DNA of 64,000 nt from Hemiscyllium ocellatum. Taxonomy: Eukaryota. Positions 61,380 to 64,000 of the stretch are shown piece after piece; the first letter of the stretch is position 1; the number at the start of each line of letters is the position of its first letter. A program made the position numbers and the translations under genes. The notes below the pieces were generated by a model. The model was not told where the DNA came from, did no database searches, and saw only the letters and a program-made list of their open reading frames with translations. The stretch spans positions 4,667,479 to 4,731,478 of the forward strand of contig NC_083450.1 in NCBI RefSeq assembly GCF_020745735.1. The letters are read 5' to 3'.

Positions 61380-61429
61380 GTGAGTGACCTAGAAATGTTC
61401 TAGCAATAGAAGCAGTATTTGTCTTTTAA

Positions 61430-63020
61430 TACCAGCAGTAATTATAAATACAGCAACAATCCTACATTTATTGATAAATACCAACAGTATCGTTGTAGTT
61501 ATTTGTGAAATGTTATCTTTATTATAAATATTTATTAATGCGAGTTATTTGTGAATATCAGCAATAATTTTATAATTAGAATTAACCAGCAGCAATGTTA
61601 TATATGAATGTATTAATAACTGTGATAACATTATACTCATCTATTAATTCCAGCAATAATGTCATATTTAATTAATATTTAGTAACACTAAATGGGGAAA
61701 AAATACGGAAGAACAGTGAGTGCATTCCCCGCTAATAAACTGTTTTTGCAACGTCTCTCTTATCTGTTGGTCCATCAAATCATTAGCCATTAGCAATAGC
61801 AATAACATTATGTCTATTTATGCCACGCGCTGTAATGTATTTATTTATAAATATCAACAGTATAATTTAAATTTATTTAGAAATACAAGCAGTAACATTA
61901 TATTTATTATTTATTCTATCAGTAACATCATATTTATTTATATTACATAAATGCTAGCAGTAATATTACATTTAATTATAAATCCCAGCAGCTGCATTAT
62001 GTTATTTAAAAGTTTCAGCAGTAACATTGTATTTATTCATAAATGCAAGCAGTAATATTACATTCGTTTATAAAAACAGCAGTAATATATTTATACATAG
62101 TTAGAAGTAGCAATGTTACATATCAACAGTAATGTTATATTTATAAAGCCAAGCAATAAATATTAAAGTAATATAGCAATATCATATGTATCTATAAATA
62201 TTAGCGGTAATGTTATAGTTATTTATAAATCTATGCAGTAACATTGTATTTAATTATAAATACAAGCAGTAATTATATATTTATTCATAAATTTATGCAG
62301 TAACATAACATTTATTATAAATACCAGCAGTAATGTTATATTTATTTGTAAGTACATGCAGTAACATTGTAACTGATTATAAATACAAACAGTAACGTCA
62401 TATTTGTTTCTAAAATGGGATCAGCATTGTAGCATTTAGAGACTTTTAAAACAATGAGGGACTATTATAGCATTGTGGAAGAATTGGTGCATTAGGAAAA
62501 TATTGGAGTGTTGAGGAACAATTGGGACATGAAGAGAATATTCAAATATTGAGGGAATCCTGAAGTATTGGTCTATTGAGAAAATGTTAGAGTATTGTGG
62601 CAACCTTGAGGTCTCGAGAGAATATTGGAGGACTGAGGGAGTGTTAGAATTTTGAGGAAATAATGTTTTCTTGATGGAATATTGGTGCATTGACAAAATA
62701 TTGGAGTATTGTGAGAATATTGATGGACTGAGGAGATACTGTTATAGCGAGGGACCATTGGAGTATTAAGACAGTATTGGTGGAATGAGAGACTATCAGG
62801 ATATTCAAGGAACATTGCTGTGTGGAAGGAATATTTGAGAATTCAGGGTATATTGGAGTTTTGAGGGAATAGTGGTGTTTTGAAAGAATATTGCTGTGTT
62901 GGGGGAATATTGGAGTAGTTGGGGGATATTGCTGAGTTGAGAGAATGTTGGAGTATTGAAGTTAGATTACTGTATTGAGAAGATATTGCTGAATATGAGG
63001 GGATGTACTGTATTCAGCAG
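61430..63020. repeat. AT-rich degenerate tandem repeats (CAGCAGTAAT.TTATATTTAT..TAAAT, then GAATATTGGAGTATTGAG types)
   Basis: Visible ~30-bp units at 61430-62400 and ~18-bp units at 62430-63020. Confidence 0.8.
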
Positions 63021-63106
63021 ATATTTCTATAGAGTAGACGCATTAAAGATCAAAGAGGGCATCTTTCTCATGCACCTCAAGAGTTCCTGTGTGAGCGTAC
63101 GCTTTG

Positions 63107-63445
63107 GGGTGGCACGGTGGCTCAGTGATTAGCACTGCTGCCTCACGACACCAGCGACCCGTTCAACTCTACCCTCGGGCGACTGTCAGTGTGGAGTTTG
63201 TACATTCTCCCCGTGTCCGCGTGGATTTTCTCTGGATACTCCAGTTTCCTCCCACAGTCCAAAGATGTGTAAGTTAGGTGAATTGGCTATGCTAAATTGC
63301 CCGTAGTGTTCAGGGATGTATGGGTTAGGCACATCAGTCAGGGTAAATGTAGAGTAATAAGGTAGGGGAATGGGTCTAGGTGGGATACTCTTTGGAGGGT
63401 CAGTGCCGACTTGTTGGGCTGAAGGGTCTTTTTCCACTGTGTAGG
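63107..63445 (+). mobile_element. HE1-type SINE, followed by a CR1 ORF2 fragment (63445-63790)
   Basis: GGGTGGCACGGTGGCTCAGTGATTAGCACTGCTGCCTCAC... Downstream frame reads LNEYFISVFT...VDKSLGPDQVFPRTLRE. Confidence 0.88.
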
Positions 63446-63897
63446 GCTTCCATGAAGGGAGCAATATTAAATGAATATTTCATATCAGTTTTTACTGTAG
63501 AGAAAGATATGGAGGCTAGACAACTCAGGGAAATAAATATTGGTGTGTTCAAACTAGGTCACATCACAGAAGAAGGAGTGTTGGAGACCTTAGAAAATAT
63601 AGAGGTGGATAAGTCTCTGGGACCTGATCAAGTGTTTCCCAGGACTTTGAGGGAAGCTATTGAGGAAATAGCGGGGACTCTTACAGAAATATTTATGTCA
63701 TCTATAAGTACGCTTGAGGTGCCGAATGATTACAGGTTGGCTAATGCTCTGTCTTTGTTTACGAAGAGGTATGAGGACCTGTGAATTTGACTTCAGCAGT
63801 GGAGGTGATTCTGAAATTACACATTTATGAATACTAGCCGTAGTTTTGTTCTAGGGAAATTGTATCCCGTAAACTTGATTCCGTTTTTGAGGAAGCG

Positions 63898-64000
63898 TGT
63901 TATAGACTAGGCCAAACCACTCAAAACCTTCTTAAGCAAGCAGCCCAGACCATAACTTCGCAATTTGTTTCATTGAGTGTACAGTGAAAATTGCCCAGAA
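63898..64000 (-). mobile_element. LTR 3' end (same family as the solo LTRs), runs off the window
   Basis: TGTTATAGACTAGGCCAAACCACTCAAAACCTTCTTAAG...GCCCAGACCATAACT matches the start of the 8906 and 14959 copies. Confidence 0.7.

Noticed and set aside
61400-64000. Terminal (ITIM-bearing) exon of the IgSF gene
   Set aside because: The region is AT-rich repeat, SINE, CR1 and LTR. No exon with a good acceptor, open frame and stop could be supported.

Overview
Eukaryotic, repeat-dense genomic DNA from a cartilaginous fish. HE1/V-SINE-type tRNA-derived SINEs and HER1/CR1-type LINEs point to an elasmobranch; a finer taxon cannot be supported. The window has about 8 N-gaps. Three gene loci can be built by hand from splice signals. 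(1) An intact two-exon class A GPCR of the GPR139/GPR142-like type on the minus strand (8140-7016, 335 aa). (2) A frameshifted paralogous pseudogene on the plus strand (20509-23389) with the same 67-nt first coding exon. (3) A non-rearranging, germline-joined antigen-receptor-like IgSF gene on the plus strand: leader / VJ / C1 / TM / at least 2 cytoplasmic exons, 50346 to beyond 61379, with no stop codon found in the window. The rest is CR1 and L2-like LINE pieces, HE1 SINEs, Penelope-like elements whose ends carry minimal hammerhead ribozyme motifs, a Gmr1-type gypsy remnant with related solo LTRs, minisatellites and low-complexity tracts, a telomere-like degenerate repeat, and an unexplained four-copy conserved non-coding module at 39-46.5 kb. 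All family assignments come from motif recognition; no database search was run.
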